From assembly GCA_951406725.2 (NCBI GenBank), contig OX597839.1:620001-684000 (forward strand): a stretch of 64,000 bases of DNA, in the 5' to 3' direction. A program made the position numbers and the translations under genes. The notes below the pieces were generated by a model. The model had not been told where the DNA came from and did not search any database. It saw nothing but the letters and a program-made list of their open reading frames with translations. Numbering within the stretch: the first letter of the stretch is position 1; every line of letters begins with the position of its first letter. The DNA is from Octopus vulgaris. Taxonomy: Eukaryota. Below are positions 1-13,150 of this stretch, piece by piece.

Positions 1-367
1 TTTCTCTAAGATGTTGTAGATCTTGCCCATCACTATTAACGAATAGAACTTCATCGTGGAACTTTCAACGACCGTGTTACTCGGGTGGCAGAAAGCTGTG
101 AGCGCTAGCTGACACTCCAGCTTCCAAGCATCCTTTCTTGGTCTACGATTGATCCAAGACTGTGGGTCTGTGATACGGAAAATCTTATCTGACAAACGGT
201 GACCACATACACTCAACGAAGACGAAACGCTGGATATATCGCAGCGTCAACTCACGCCCGCGCATCATTAGCCACTTCATACGCAGTCCGTCACTCAGCG
301 GCTGTTAACAGATGATGGCCCGTCTATCTAACGTAATCGTCCCTTCCACAGAATGTGGAAGAGCAAG

Positions 368-1800
368 TGATGCTATGGAGATGCTTACCAACGCTGACCG
401 GTCACCAGTTCCCAAGACAGAAATACAATCTCAGCCCCGCTTGTCCAACTAAAATCCTTTTCTGAAATAACTTTAAAACTTGAATATCTTCAGTTTTCTC
501 TATAAAAATTCGCGGCCCATGATCATCCCATTTGAATTCATGTGGAATCAGAGATTCGACGTGGATTTCTGTTTCAATTATGGGGATCAATTTATGATAC
601 GATGCCAATCATTTTTTGTAAAATGGCAGTTTTATAGAAATGGAGATATCATCCATATATACATTAGAATTTCGGCCCAATGTTCACCCTCCACGATGTG
701 AAGGTGCGAACATTTTCAGCAGTACCCATTTCAACTGTTCTTTTATCTCAAGTTATTCCTTGATATTTTAAAATCACAGCAACAAAACCTCAAAAGTATG
801 AGATAATGAAGGATTAATTCAAAACAAGGTAAAAGAATATGTATTTAATTTGCTAAGGGGTTAAGCTACTGCGAATGAGTTAAGCTAATGCTAAGGAGTT
901 AAGCTAATGCTAAAGGGTTTAAATTAATGTTCAGGGGTTAAGCTAATGCTAAGCGGTAAATCTAATATTCAACGATTAGATTAATGTTAGCTGGTTAAGC
1001 TACTGTCAACGGGTTAGAATTTCGGCCCAATGTTCACTCTCCACAATATGAAGGTGCAAACATTTTCAGCAATACCCATTTATTTCAACTGTTCTTTTAT
1101 CACGAGTTATTACTTGATATTTTAAAAATGTTGTTTTGTAACTTTATACTTGCATTCATAGCTGCAATTTATTATGTCAGCAAGAAAAAATCTGAGAGAC
1201 TCAGCTAAATCAGAAGAACATTTCTAAAGACGTAGAATGGTTTTGGGGTCAAGATATTACTCTTTCTCTGCTGTCATAGTTTGATGACAAACTTTCATTA
1301 ATAATGCCAACTCCCCTTCATACAGTTACCATAGCTCTTGCTGACGATATAAAAAAGCAGAAACGAAGGAATTCAAAGAGAACTTCTTCAGTAAACATAA
1401 GACCGCTGCATATCAATTCAACCACTTAACACACACCTACCCACTTCATCTAAATATCATCTGTGCCACACTGGTAGAACGATATCGCAGCTAAAGACCA
1501 ATCAGAACCATAGCATGCAGCCTTATATAAGGTCGGGCAGATGCAGAATAATGGGAATCATTTTGTGATTTACTAGAACATTGCTTTGAAAGTAAATCTG
1601 TATACGGTCGAATTTATTTCCATTTCATTTTTCTTGATGATCTGACGACGCAGTAAATATATAACAGCATCCAAACGAACAGCACCAAATTCTCAACCAC
1701 GTATTCAACAGCATAGAAAATGCACACGTAAGCAGAATTCCAGCCATAATTTTAACCATGATATATCAAGTACATGCTCAATTAATATCTTGTTTACACA
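368..1800 (+). pseudogene. Decayed intronless ORF of unknown family (copy 1)
   Basis: Protein-like + strand frames (NIFSFLYKNSRPMIIPFEFMWNQRFDVDFCFNYGDQFMIRCQ...; KDVEWFWGQDITLSLLS) broken by stops and frameshifts. Clearly homologous to 35475-36458 and overlaps 4625-4725. Confidence 0.4.
848..1017. repeat. Degenerate ~20-bp tandem repeat (AATGCTAAGGGGTTAAGCT-like) at the end of a MITE-like insertion
   Basis: About 8 diverged units can be read directly. The same upstream sequence and array recur at 4260-4410. Confidence 0.6.
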
Positions 1801-1802
1801 AT

Positions 1803-2388
<586 letters not shown>

Positions 2389-2430
2389 GTATATATATAT
2401 TTATATATATATATGTATATATATATATAG

Positions 2431-3476
2431 CATAACTTAGTTATTGTCTTTTTAAATTGATATTCGCTAGTTATTCCCATTGATAATTATATTTATAGTA
2501 TTTATAGTATTTATTCGATAACATATAACTAGGAATTGATTATTTCTATATGTATTTTACATAAGATTTCCGAAAGTTCGTTTAAGTTTGTTTGTTTGTA
2601 TTTTTGAAATTAGCTATTTCATCTTTAAATATGAAAAATTAATTTATTAAATTTTTATTATTATAGGTGCATATATATTTATTTATAGAGATTATTTTAG
2701 ATCTTAATTATAATATTTATGTACATTTATATATTTTCATTGATAATTTATATATAATAGTCATTTTTAAAAAATATTTATGTAATTAGATATAGACTAT
2801 TACCGATATTAGATTATTTTTGGGTTTCCTACCTTATAGATTAAAATTAATATTTAACATTATAATCGATTTTGATATAATCATAGTTGTTAAGTTTTAA
2901 GTTTCTAGTTTGATGATAGAGTTTATTATAAGTAAAATTATTATATTGTTATATTATTTATTATATTATATTATATTATTTATATCTTAAAATATTGTTT
3001 AAATATTTCTGATTATTTTTAAAATATTTCAATTAACCTGAAGATTGGCTGTAACCATAACTCGAATTATTGAGTGAATTTAAATTATTGTTATTCGAAT
3101 TGGTACTGCCATGAAACGATCGTAGTGTTTTACTCCTTATCTTTTATTAAACTTTTAATACTTTTGATTTATATAAAAAAATTAATTAATTAATTAATTA
3201 ATTAAATAATATATAAATATAAAAATATACATACATACATATATATATATATTTGTATGTATATATAAAATTTATAAGTTTAAATTATTTAAATAATTTT
3301 TTAATTTTTAACTTTTATATTTTTTAATTAATTTTATGTATTGGCTTATGTTTTTCACTGTTTGATTTGCCTAATGGTGTTCTTATCTCTAATTTAATAT
3401 AATATAATATATTTATACTATAAAATTGGATTTAATCCTAAATCTAATTTTTCCCTGTAAGTTTGGATCTATTCCC

Positions 3477-3482
<6 letters not shown>
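2431..3482 (+). mobile_element. Very AT-rich element in (TA)n, same family as 53174-53618 and 58162-58805
   Basis: Shares the block gtttgatttgcctaat(a/g)gtg...tatctctaa with both loci, and the end ...ttccctgtaagtttggat...ccctaatatt with 58162-58805. Contains a hammerhead-like motif. Confidence 0.55.
3033..3130 (+). ncRNA. Hammerhead-like motif with long stem II
   Basis: CTGAAGA (3038-3044), then TGGC...GCCA, GAAA (3113-3116), palindromic ACGATCGT and GTA. Stem I is weak. Confidence 0.45.
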
Positions 3483-3514
<32 letters not shown>

Positions 3515-3521
3515 TTTACTG

Positions 3522-3919
3522 TTTTATCCTTTTATTTCTTTCAGTCATTTGCAAATCGATCCCAGGACTTATTTTTGTAAGCCTAGTATTTATTCCATCC
3601 CCCCTTTTGCCGAACTACTAATTTACGTGGACGTAATCTCACTAGCATCGTTTGTCAAGCGATAGTGGGGATCAAGCACAGACGCACAAACACACAAAAA
3701 TACACACACACACAAAGACACGAACATACACACACACACACACACACACATATGTACATATACGACGGGCTTCTTTCAGTTTCTGTCTGCCAAATCCACT
3801 CACAAGGCTTTGGTCGGCCTGAGGCTATAGTAGAAGAGACTTGCCTAAGGTGCCATGCTGTGGGACTGAACCCAGAACCACGTGGTTGGTAAGCAAGCTA
3901 CGTACCACCTAGCCACTTC
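3522..3919 (-). mobile_element. tRNA-derived SINE family A (internal microsatellite)
   Basis: Matches the most abundant repeat in the window. Family head has A box TGGCTGTGTGG and B box GGTTCAGTCCC, then internal (TA)/(TG)n and a GTAAAAGA tail. Confidence 0.85.
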
Positions 3920-5311
3920 TCTGCCTCCCTCCCTCTCTCTCTCTCTCTCTCTTTCTCCCTATTATTCCCACTGTTCTCTTATTAGACTTTCGCTGTTTTA
4001 AATGCTTGCACACACACACACAATATTCGTTTGAGCATTTCACTCATATGCCCTCACAAACACATTATTCAGCTGCGTACTGGGGTCGATGTAATTAACT
4101 AGCTTCCACTCCAAAACATCAGACCTTCTGCCCATAGTAGAACAGATTGTTATTTTGTATTCACTTTCATTCGTTAGCATTTAGCCCAGACAAATTCGGC
4201 CTTTCATACTGACCCTACACTGTCATTCTAAAAATTAACAATCCCAGCGACAAAACTTCAAGAGTATGAGATAATGCATGATCAATTCAAAACGAGGCAG
4301 ATGAATATGCATTTAATTAGCCAAGTGGTTAAGCTATTGCTAAGGAGTTAAGCTAATGTTCAGGGGGTTAATATAATGTTAATAAGGGTTATGCTATGAC
4401 GAAGGGGTTAGGCAAGTTTGCTGTGCATATACAACTGATAACATTGTCATAACTTACCATTCCTCTGTGAATTGCAAGCTTTGTCTCTTGTGTTCTTCAA
4501 TGGAATCAGTAGAAAGGAAAGAAATCAGCTAAACCTGGTAGAACCACCTATGAAGAAAATGGCATTTGTAGGGATCGAATTTTTGGATAATTTTTTTTCT
4601 TTTGGGAGATACAAACACGATGATATTAACATACTGGGAAATAAACCATATAAAATTCAGTTCAATTAACTTCACAAAAGTGATGCCATGGAGATCCTTA
4701 CCAACGCTGACCGGTCACCAGTTCTCATTCGAATGCCTATTTGATAATCCTGTTTTTTACTTTACTGCATTGTATTTGCATTTTTTTTGTTTGAACGCTT
4801 TCAGTTTTTTTCCTCTCTGCTGTTTTAATATTCCCATAGTTCTCTTATGACACTTTAAATGCTTGCACTCGCACCCGCAATATTCCTTTCAACACTTCAT
4901 TCACATTCCCTCATAAACACAATATTCATTTTCCTACTTTCAGATAAAAATATAATATGCAAGTTTTAGGGTCATGCATCGAGTGACCTAGAGACCCGCA
5001 TGGCTAAACGATGGCAAAAATTCTGCTTTTAGCATTCTGTATAACCCCTCGTAACGTTTTTAGTTTTCGGGATTTTCAGAAATCTTTTATGAATTTGTGT
5101 CTCACACTCGAGAATCCATATATTTAGGAAAAGAGAAAACCTGAGACATCAGCAAAAGGAGAATAATCCAATACCGTTATTCTCATTTATATTCTGATTC
5201 ATTATCTTATTATTAATATTATTCTTATTGTACATCACTGCATATATTTTATACGCACTTTTGACAAGTTGTGGTCACCTGAGCACTGTATACAGTAATT
5301 TTCATTATCAT

Positions 5312-5494
5312 TATTCTATCGGTCTCTTTGGCCGAACCACTAATTTCGGGGACGTAAACACACCAGCATTGGTTGTCAAGTGATGTTATGGGGGACAAAC
5401 ACACACACACACACACACACATATCCTCTGTCTTCCCTTCTCTGGATCTTTCCTTCTCCTATATTTCCGACGAAGAGCTCCGCTCGAAACGTTA

Positions 5495-5567
<73 letters not shown>

Positions 5568-5725
5568 GTGTGTGTGTGTGTATACAACCGGCTTCTTTTC
5601 AGTTTTCGTCTACCAAATCCACTCACAAGTCTTTGGTCGGCCCGAGGCTATAGCATTAGACACTTGCACAAAGTGCCACGCAGTGGAACTGAACCCGGAT
5701 CTATGTGGTTGGTAAGCAAGCTACT
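5312..5725 (-). mobile_element. SINE family A (partial) with an inserted hammerhead-bearing fragment at 5423-5498
   Basis: SINE A sequence lies on both sides. The insert sits inside the SINE's microsatellite. Confidence 0.75.
5463..5496 (+). ncRNA. Minimal hammerhead-like motif (U4C core)
   Basis: CCGACGA-A-GAGC/tcc/GCTC-GAAA-CG-TT. The same motif is inverted at 58938-58975. Confidence 0.5.
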
Positions 5726-5743
5726 TTATTTCACTTAATTGGC

Positions 5744-5750
5744 TATAAAA
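5744..5750 (+). promoter_or_regulatory. Candidate TATA box of the modular signal-peptide gene
   Basis: TATAAAA upstream of a putative 5'UTR exon (donor GTAAGA at 5865) and acceptor tttgcAG at 5946. Confidence 0.35.
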
Positions 5751-6099
5751 GCCGTACATCGAGGTAGTAGCTGCGGGCTGGTCAAAACACAAGATGAATG
5801 AATGATAAAGCTGCTTCTCGAAAAGATTGTTCTTCGTTTCTTTTTTTAACCAGAATTTGACATTGTAAGAATTATAAAACAAGAATTATTCAACAGTTTA
5901 AAATATCAACTGACATGTGACAATATTCTGTTTTTGTGTTTTGCAGTTTATAAAACAGTTGAACAGATAAATGAAAAGAAATTAAAGACAATTCATCTCA
6001 AGAACATTTGATATAGAAATCCCTTATTCTTTGCAAAAGACCTTTATAAAGGAAAAATCACCAATTCTCAAGGCTAACCAATTCTTTCCATCTCCAACC

Positions 6100-6154
6100 A
6101 TGCTTCTTCTTCCATATTGGAGTATTTTCCTCATTATTTCCCCCCATTTCATTG
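6100..6154 (+). CDS. Modular secreted/membrane protein, coding exon 1 (signal peptide MLLLPYWSIFLIISPHFIG)
   Basis: ATG at 6100, hydrophobic run, phase-1 donor GTAAGT. Joins in frame to the exon at 6271. Confidence 0.7.
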
Positions 6155-6270
6155 GTAAGTTCCGTAACCAGTTATAGTACACTAGTATAACTAGTCACAT
6201 TGTAAAATTATTTTGATGCTTAAAAGAAATTCATAAAATGTTTCTCCTTTTTTTCTAAACTATATTCTAG

Positions 6271-6506
6271 GTACCTACGCGGCTACAATGTGGAATATAG
6301 TCCTTTGTTCTCGTGACGAACACAATTTTGTTCGCATTTCTTTGGACAAGATTAAATATGTAAACCTAACAGGTGGAAACGGTCAAAAGTGTTTCAGCAC
6401 TGAATTTGAATTAGACGATGCAACAAAGCCAAGTTTTTTAGAATTTAAATTAGAGGTTGCAACAAAGCCAAGTTTAATGCTACTTGAAAAGGATAAAGTC
6501 TTACAG
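6271..6506 (+). CDS. Modular protein exon 2 (module 1a: TYAATMWNIVLCSRD...KDKVLQ)
   Basis: Polypyrimidine tract plus AG at 6269-6270, open frame, phase 1 to 0, donor GTAAGT. Confidence 0.75.
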
Positions 6507-6534
6507 GTAAGTAAATTAAAATAGATACACACAC

Positions 6535-6599
<65 letters not shown>

Positions 6600-6964
6600 C
6601 ACTAATACACATGCCCACAAACACACACATATCATTTATTATATATTAAATTTAGAAACAACTACTAATAGTTTCATGCCTTAGAGGTACAATAATTTGG
6701 CAGATTTATGTAACATGTTTCAAAGATTGCATGGGGACATGTGGTATGTTATATAAAATTGCTAAATTATTGAATCTCTACAGCATGAAACTATTAGAAG
6801 CGCTTAAAAAATTTTATGAACATTAAATTATATTTATCTCTTACTAGAATAATTTTTCTGTTGATCCTAACTATAACAACGCTATACACTATACGTATAT
6901 AACAAAAACTAAAAATACTTCTCAATCTAGACTCATTGATAAGCTAAAACTTTACTCAGTTTTA

Positions 6965-7065
6965 TCCAGTTTAAAATAGTCCATTGTTGCCCATGCCAAA
7001 CCATAGAACCGTTCTAACAACAAATGCCATCTATGCATTGCAGGACTTTCTTCCATTATACGATG
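6965..7065 (+). mobile_element. Penelope-like GIY-YIG C-terminal remnant
   Basis: LK*SIVAHAKP*NRSNNKCHLCIA resembles the KWSI..A.PY.....C.LC motif of PLE endonucleases. Contains stops. Confidence 0.5.
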
Positions 7066-7184
7066 CCGCAGCTCCATTAATGAACCAATTGGCGACAGTA
7101 TTAACTGAGAACATAAATTACGTAAGTTACAAATCATAATGTCTGACACTAATAATTCCCTGGCTAATCCTTCTACATTTCCTC

Positions 7185-7572
7185 TCATTTACTTGTTTCA
7201 GTCATTTGACTGTGGCCATGCTGGAGCACAGCCTTCAGTCGAGGAAACCAATTTCTTATTCTTTGTAAGCCCAGTACTTATTCTATCGGTTACTTTTGCT
7301 GAACCGCTAAGTTACGGGGACGTAAGCACACCAACATCGGATGTCAAGCGATGTTGGGTGGGTGAGAAACACAACACACAAATATACACACATATATATT
7401 TACATATATACGACGGGCTTCATTCAGTTTCCGTCTACGAAATCCACTCACAAGGCTTTGGTGGCCCGAGGCTATAGTAGAAGACACTTGCCCAAGGTGC
7501 CACGCAGTGGGACTGAACCCGGAAGAATGTGATTCGTAAGTAAGCTACATACCACACAGCCACTCCTACGCC
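7185..7572 (-). mobile_element. SINE family A
   Basis: Near full-length match to the family. Confidence 0.85.
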
Positions 7573-8149
7573 TCTATTTTAATCTCTTCTAAATATTGAT
7601 AACCATTACCGTTTGGCACTTTTGTTATATGTTTCCGTTTTTTCTGTGGTTTTTTGTATGTTCTCTTTTCCTGTGAGAGTTTGCAAATAGGCTTAGATTT
7701 CCATACACAATTCAGTTCTTAACCATTTTATCTCTTCAATCCTTTGTGTTTTTCAGTTTGTTGTTCTTGCTTCACAACTCATTTCAACTCAGAGCTGTGA
7801 TTACTTAACTTGGAATTCGCATACAACAATGTAACCTTCATATAGTTAAGGTGCATTTGGCCTGATGAATTGCTTACCTGCATACCCATCTGTGCCTAAT
7901 AATTACATTGGAAGATCAGCCAGATAAGAAACACATGTATCCAGGAGTTCAACTGCTCCACTCCCTCAATTTCAATCTTTATTCGCATTCACTGCAACTT
8001 TATTTGCCTACCATAAACTATAAAGAAATAAATTGTCATTCTTATTGACCAGGCATTTTGTTTTCTCTACATGTCACGGACTGCTTGAGGCTTACTAACT
8101 TGCTACACTTGGATCCTTGGATCTAGCGCTTATCTATCAATATATATAT

Positions 8150-8507
8150 GTGGCTGTGTGGTAAGTAGCTTGCTAACCAACCACACGGTTGCAGGTTCAA
8201 TCCCACTGCGTGGTATCTTGGGCAAGTGTCTACTGCTATAGCCCCGGGCCGACCAATGCCTTGTGAGTGGATTTGGTAGACGGAAACTGAAAGAAGCCTG
8301 TTGTATATATATATGTATATGTGTGTGTGTTTGTGTGTCTGTGTTTGTCCCCCTAGCATTGCTTGACAACCGATGCTGGTGTGTTTAGGTCCCCGTTACT
8401 TAGCGGTTCGGCAAAAAGAGACCGATAGAATAAGTACTAAAAGGTGGTGCTCCAGCATGGCCGCAGTCAAATGACTGAAACACGTAAAAGAGTAAAAGAG
8501 TAAAAGA
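8150..8507 (+). mobile_element. SINE family A
   Basis: Head boxes, internal microsatellite and GTAAAAGA tail. Confidence 0.85.
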
Positions 8508-8527
8508 TATATATATATATATATATA

Positions 8528-8615
8528 TACGAATAGTAGTATCTACGAATAGTAGTATCTACGAATAGTAGTATCTACGAATAGTAGTATCTACGAATAG
8601 TAGTATCTACGAATA
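8528..8615. repeat. 16-bp minisatellite (TACGAATAGTAGTATC) x5
   Basis: Perfect units read directly. Confidence 0.9.
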
Positions 8616-8626
8616 TAGTACCCTCA

Positions 8627-8687
<61 letters not shown>

Positions 8688-8691
8688 ATGT

Positions 8692-8722
<31 letters not shown>

Positions 8723-8768
8723 TATATAACATAAATAAACAAATAATATATAGAATTAATATTATATA

Positions 8769-8811
<43 letters not shown>

Positions 8812-8928
8812 AATAGTAAAAAGTGAAAAAACTACAGAAGGCTTGTTTTAAAAGGTTAAAACATATATATTTGAGTCAATATGTCTGAAGAATGTTATAA
8901 ATGTTTTTCATACAGTGACATAGTTTAG

Positions 8929-8968
8929 AAGAAATGACCGGTTTCGCGTTCAGCTTTTCAAATTTCTT
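8929..8968 (-). ncRNA. Minimal type I hammerhead ribozyme, U3:A8 variant
   Basis: Minus strand: aagaaat-TTGAAAA-GC/tgaac/GC-GAAA-CCGG-TC-atttctt. 7-bp stem I, palindromic ACCGGT stem III, GUC cleavage triplet. Confidence 0.7.
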
Positions 8969-9046
8969 ACATCGTTGTGTTTACATTGAGCGGAGATCTA
9001 GATAATAAATGATTTCTTCCGGTGTAAGGGAGATAATCGCTTAAAA

Positions 9047-9961
9047 TTATTTGCCTTTCTTTTGGATTGAGTTTCTCTGTATAAGTATGTTGGAATGGTT
9101 AAGTTTGGGCTTGTATTTTTCAATGAAGAATGTTTCCTTGTTTAGTCTAATTTGTGTTGGTGTTCTGATAGCACATTGGTAGAATGGAAAGATTAAAAAT
9201 TGTGGTAGTAGTTGCTTTGCGCATTTCCCAATGTGCTCACTAAAGGGTATCATTCTGTATTCTGGGAATGCAATCTGTTGTCGATGCAGTGTGCATCTAC
9301 GTCTGAGTGATAGTCCCGTGGATCCCACGTAGTCTTGGTGGCAGCCCGAGCATTTTCTGACTGGGAATACAATCTGTTGTCGATGCAGTGTGCATCTACG
9401 TCTGAGTGATAGTCCCGTGGATCCCACGTAGTCTTGGTCGCAGCCCGAGCATTTTATGACATAAATTATGTTTTCAGAGGCACAAGTAAAATTAGATTTG
9501 ATCTTGAATTTCAGTCCCTCTTTGAAGAGGAATTCTGATCCTTCTAGCAGGTTTGGACATGTTGCACAGTTCGGTCTATCACATTTTTTTACTTTTGCTT
9601 CCGTAATTTCAGAAAACAATTTTGCCTTTGTGAGAATCTTTTTAAATGATTTAGGTTGTTTGCAGCTTTTAATGATTTGGTGTATGGTTAGAATTTCCTT
9701 TAATTTGGAGTCCTTATGAAGTATTGGTAAATTCTGGGTGATGATGGTGAAGGCTTCTTTGTTTCTGGGGTTGTATGTGGATATGTAAGGTAGTATTTTC
9801 GGGGAAGGTGTTTTGTTGTGTTGAACTTTTCTTAAAGTTTCTATGTTGACTTCTGTTGCACGTCTGATCCCATCCTCTATGAGTTGAGCTGGGTAATGTC
9901 TGTCAATTAGGGTGTTTTTGAGTTCTTGCAGTCTAAAGTTCCTGGTATTTTGTTCTGACAC
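9047..9961 (-). CDS. Penelope-like RT C-terminus/linker plus GIY-YIG endonuclease (truncated ORF)
   Basis: RHYPAQLI, KCDRPNCATC, FTCASENIIYVIKCSGCDQDYVGSTG...R...H and KETFFIEKYKPKLN motifs. Confidence 0.85.
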   Translation of the reverse strand: MSEQNTRNFRLQELKNTLIDRHYPAQLIEDGIRRATEVNIETLRKVQHNKTPSPKILPYISTYNPRNKEAFTIITQNLPILHKDSKLKEILTIHQIIKSCKQPKSFKKILTKAKLFSEITEAKVKKCDRPNCATCPNLLEGSEFLFKEGLKFKIKSNFTCASENIIYVIKCSGCDQDYVGSTGLSLRRRCTLHRQQIVFPVRKCSGCHQDYVGSTGLSLRRRCTLHRQQIAFPEYRMIPFSEHIGKCAKQLLPQFLIFPFYQCAIRTPTQIRLNKETFFIEKYKPKLNHSNILIQRNSIQKKGK

Positions 9962-10110
9962 TATTGTATGAAAAAAATTTATAACATTCTTCAGACATAT
10001 TGACTAAAATATATATTTTTTAACCTTTTAAAACAAGCCTTCTGTAGTTTTTTCACTTTTTTCTATTTTCTATATATTCAACCACGTGCTTTCACATACC
10101 AACTTTCTTA

Positions 10111-10147
<37 letters not shown>

Positions 10148-10636
10148 ATATTGGTTCTTTCTTGTTCTGTGATAAACACAATTTTATCGTAGTCCGATGG
10201 GTTACTACATACTTTGTAGACTACGAATTCATTAATCTTATATAAGAATATTGTTGACAGTAACTTCAAAGTTTTGGCCAGCTAAGCCATCAATGGACTG
10301 TGATGCATTGGAGTAAGTCTTGCCTTTATATAGTCTCTGTTGAGTAAAAATCAATTTTGGCGCTGAGTGGGGTGGTAATTAGGTTTTTATGGTCTCTTGT
10401 TAAGGAAAGGTGTTTTGGAACAATTTTGTTATATTAAATTTGGTTTTTTGCTATTCTTTATAATTTATTCATGCATGAAGAACTTTGTAAACAAACTTGT
10501 AGGTGTTTCTCTTTCGTTGGGGAGGCACAAGGTGAGAGAGTATTTTTGTTGCTTTTGGTATTATTGGATTTAATCCTTTTGCTTTGACAATATATAGGTC
10601 AAATGTACAAATGTCCAGTATATAAGCCCTGGGTAA

Positions 10637-10669
<33 letters not shown>

Positions 10670-10899
10670 TGTTTGTGTGTGCGCGTGTGTGTGCACTACT
10701 CCAAACTGATCTTAAACTGAGGAACAAAATAGAAATTATACACTATAAATATTTTACCATCAACATAACCATCCTCCTCCTCCTATTCCTTCTCATCATC
10801 ATCATCATCATCATCATTATCAACATCATCACTGTCATCATTATTAATTTATTTGAAATTACCTGCTGCTGTTAATTTTGTTGATTTACTTTATCTTAG

Positions 10900-10990
10900 G
10901 TACTTGTTCAAAATCGCAATCTTCGAGAAATGTATTATGGTTACTACAAATGGAATTCTTATAATCAGACAAAGACACATTTGGAGAAAA
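10900..10990 (+). CDS. Modular protein exon 3 (module 1b: VLVQNRNLREMYYGYYKWNSYNQTKTHLEK)
   Basis: AG at 10898-10899, 91 nt, phase 0 to 1, GT donor at 10991. Phase-compatible with both neighbours. Confidence 0.65.
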
Positions 10991-11075
10991 GTACGCTGTT
11001 TCCCTGAGGACGGTTTTTTACGTTTAACATTTTTGTTTTGTTTTCTCTCTTTTAAACTCATCAAGAAATTCTTTT

Positions 11076-11113
<38 letters not shown>

Positions 11114-12461
11114 AGCATAAGAATTATAATGTTAATGGGCTCAACTACAAAGATCAATATTAGGAGTTCAAATCTTATTGCTGCCATTCAATCCTCAGAA
11201 AAGACACATTATCTTATGCTTAGAGGTTCAATTCACAGTTGTGTAGTCAGTAACGAGAAAGACAAGCTGGCGTCAATCACAAATCATTATTTGAAATTTT
11301 CAATAAATTTTCCAACTAATCTTGATATATGAAAATGGATATAAAAGTAAATATTTTCTAAAATGGCTAAATCGGTAGTGTTACCCTGAGTCTAAGGTTT
11401 TGCATAAATAATATAAGGATTCGTGTATGCAAAAAATTTGCTGGAATGTTTAGATGAAGAAAGGAAAAAGCTAGTGGCAATTGTTGGTGTCTGAAGGAAA
11501 AGGGGAAATAATTTTAAGACATTGGGATTAATTTCTCAAAATAATTAATTAAATAATTATTAAAAGTTAAGACTGGTCTTAATTTGCAGGCAAGGGGACA
11601 ACAATGGATATGCTTCAGTGTGTTTGACCTCGTTAAGGTTATTTAGTTACTCCAAGTGACAAAGATTTTTACATATAGTCAAAGAGTTATAATAATTTTG
11701 ACTCAGTATATTCTGTTTAATTAATGTTTTTTTTTTTAATGAGCTAAGGGAGATAACTCAAAGATACCAATGACACGAAGTTCTATGAAATAAATTAAGA
11801 AGTGGTGTACTAATGCCATATGTAAAAAGTCTTAATCAAGTGAAATTTTCTCAATTAACGAGAGAAATTAAAACAAAATTCTGTAGTAATTGTGAACAGC
11901 ATTTTTTAAGAATGGGAGGAAATTTCAAATGATTAAATGCAAATGGCACTCATGAATCGTAGTCAGGATTGTTGTTGGTGCCATGTGAATGGCAGCGACC
12001 CATGAATCGTAGTTGTGGTCATTCCTGGTGTTATATCAATGGCACCGATGACAAAGGTGCGTCAAAGCACTCATTATGCACCTGGGGTGATTGGCATTAT
12101 CCAGCTGTAGAAACCCTGCCAAGTCAGAGAAGAACCTAGTGCAGCCCTCAAGCTCATCAGCTCCACTCAAACCGTCTGACCCATGACGGCCGGAAGAGCA
12201 GATATTAAATGATGAGGAGGACTTCTTCCAGCATGAAGTGGGTGTTTTTTTAGTTCTTATTTCTTGCGAAATGGGTGCATCACAATTACTGATGATAAAA
12301 AGATTTCCATTACTTTATCTTATTGTGCCTAGCTGTTTATATTAATGTTATATATATATATGTATATATATATGTGTGTGTGTATATATATGTATACATA
12401 TATATATGTATATATATGTATATGTATATATATGTATATATATATACATACATTCATACAC

Positions 12462-12492
<31 letters not shown>

Positions 12493-12941
12493 AACATATA
12501 TATATATATATATGTTTATATATATGAGGTTACCTTGCAGAAACGTTACCACTCCGGGCGTGTTTCGTCTGCCGTTACATTCTGAGTTCAAATTCCGCCG
12601 AGGTCGGCTTTGCTTTTCATACTTTTATATATATATAGCTATAGATATAGATATATACCATGGGGCTCTTTAAGTTTCCATCTACCATATAACCTCACAA
12701 GGCTCTGGTTAGCCCAAGGCTGTTGTACAAGACACTTGCCTAAAACCATGGGGCAGTCTCACCTAAATGTAAAAACTGTCATAAACTAAGGTGGAAGAGC
12801 AGGGAAAACAAATATTTTCCCACCAAGTTCTTATAATTTCCGTTTTAATCCTCCTCTTTATGAAAGTAATTATCATTTTAAGTTTATTGATTTTGAAATT
12901 TTGCTGTCACTAATGTCCAACTTTCTCTTTTTTATTTCTAG

Positions 12942-13150
12942 TGGATCGCTGGACTTTTGAAGTTACACGTAGCGACATAAATGACGATTTTAAAAGTTCT
13001 TATCATATTGCATATCATCATTTCGCCAATTTTACGTTTAGCAAATATTCTAGAACTTCAAATGCAACGTTCTTTCGTCCATTGCAATGGAATAAAAGGA
13101 TCTATTGGATACCTTTTTTCACTGAAGGAGAATTTGGGTTGGGGAAAAAG
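12942..13150 (+). CDS. Modular protein exon 4 (module 2a: DRWTFEVTRSD...GEFGLGKK)
   Basis: Strong acceptor, open frame, phase 1 to 0, donor GTGAGC. Confidence 0.75.

Larger units (their letters stand above)
8803..10112 (-). mobile_element. 5'-truncated Penelope-like retroelement with inverted pLTR
   Basis: Inverted arms 8803-8913 and 9965-10076, a ~36-nt one-sided extension, (TA)n flanks, a GIY-YIG ORF and a hammerhead motif. Confidence 0.85.

Noticed and set aside
1-365. Possible RTE RT remnant on the minus strand (SLGSIVDQE, KIYN)
   Set aside because: Similarity too weak to call by eye.
8528-8615. Possible CRISPR-like array
   Set aside because: Contiguous units without spacers, in a eukaryotic context.
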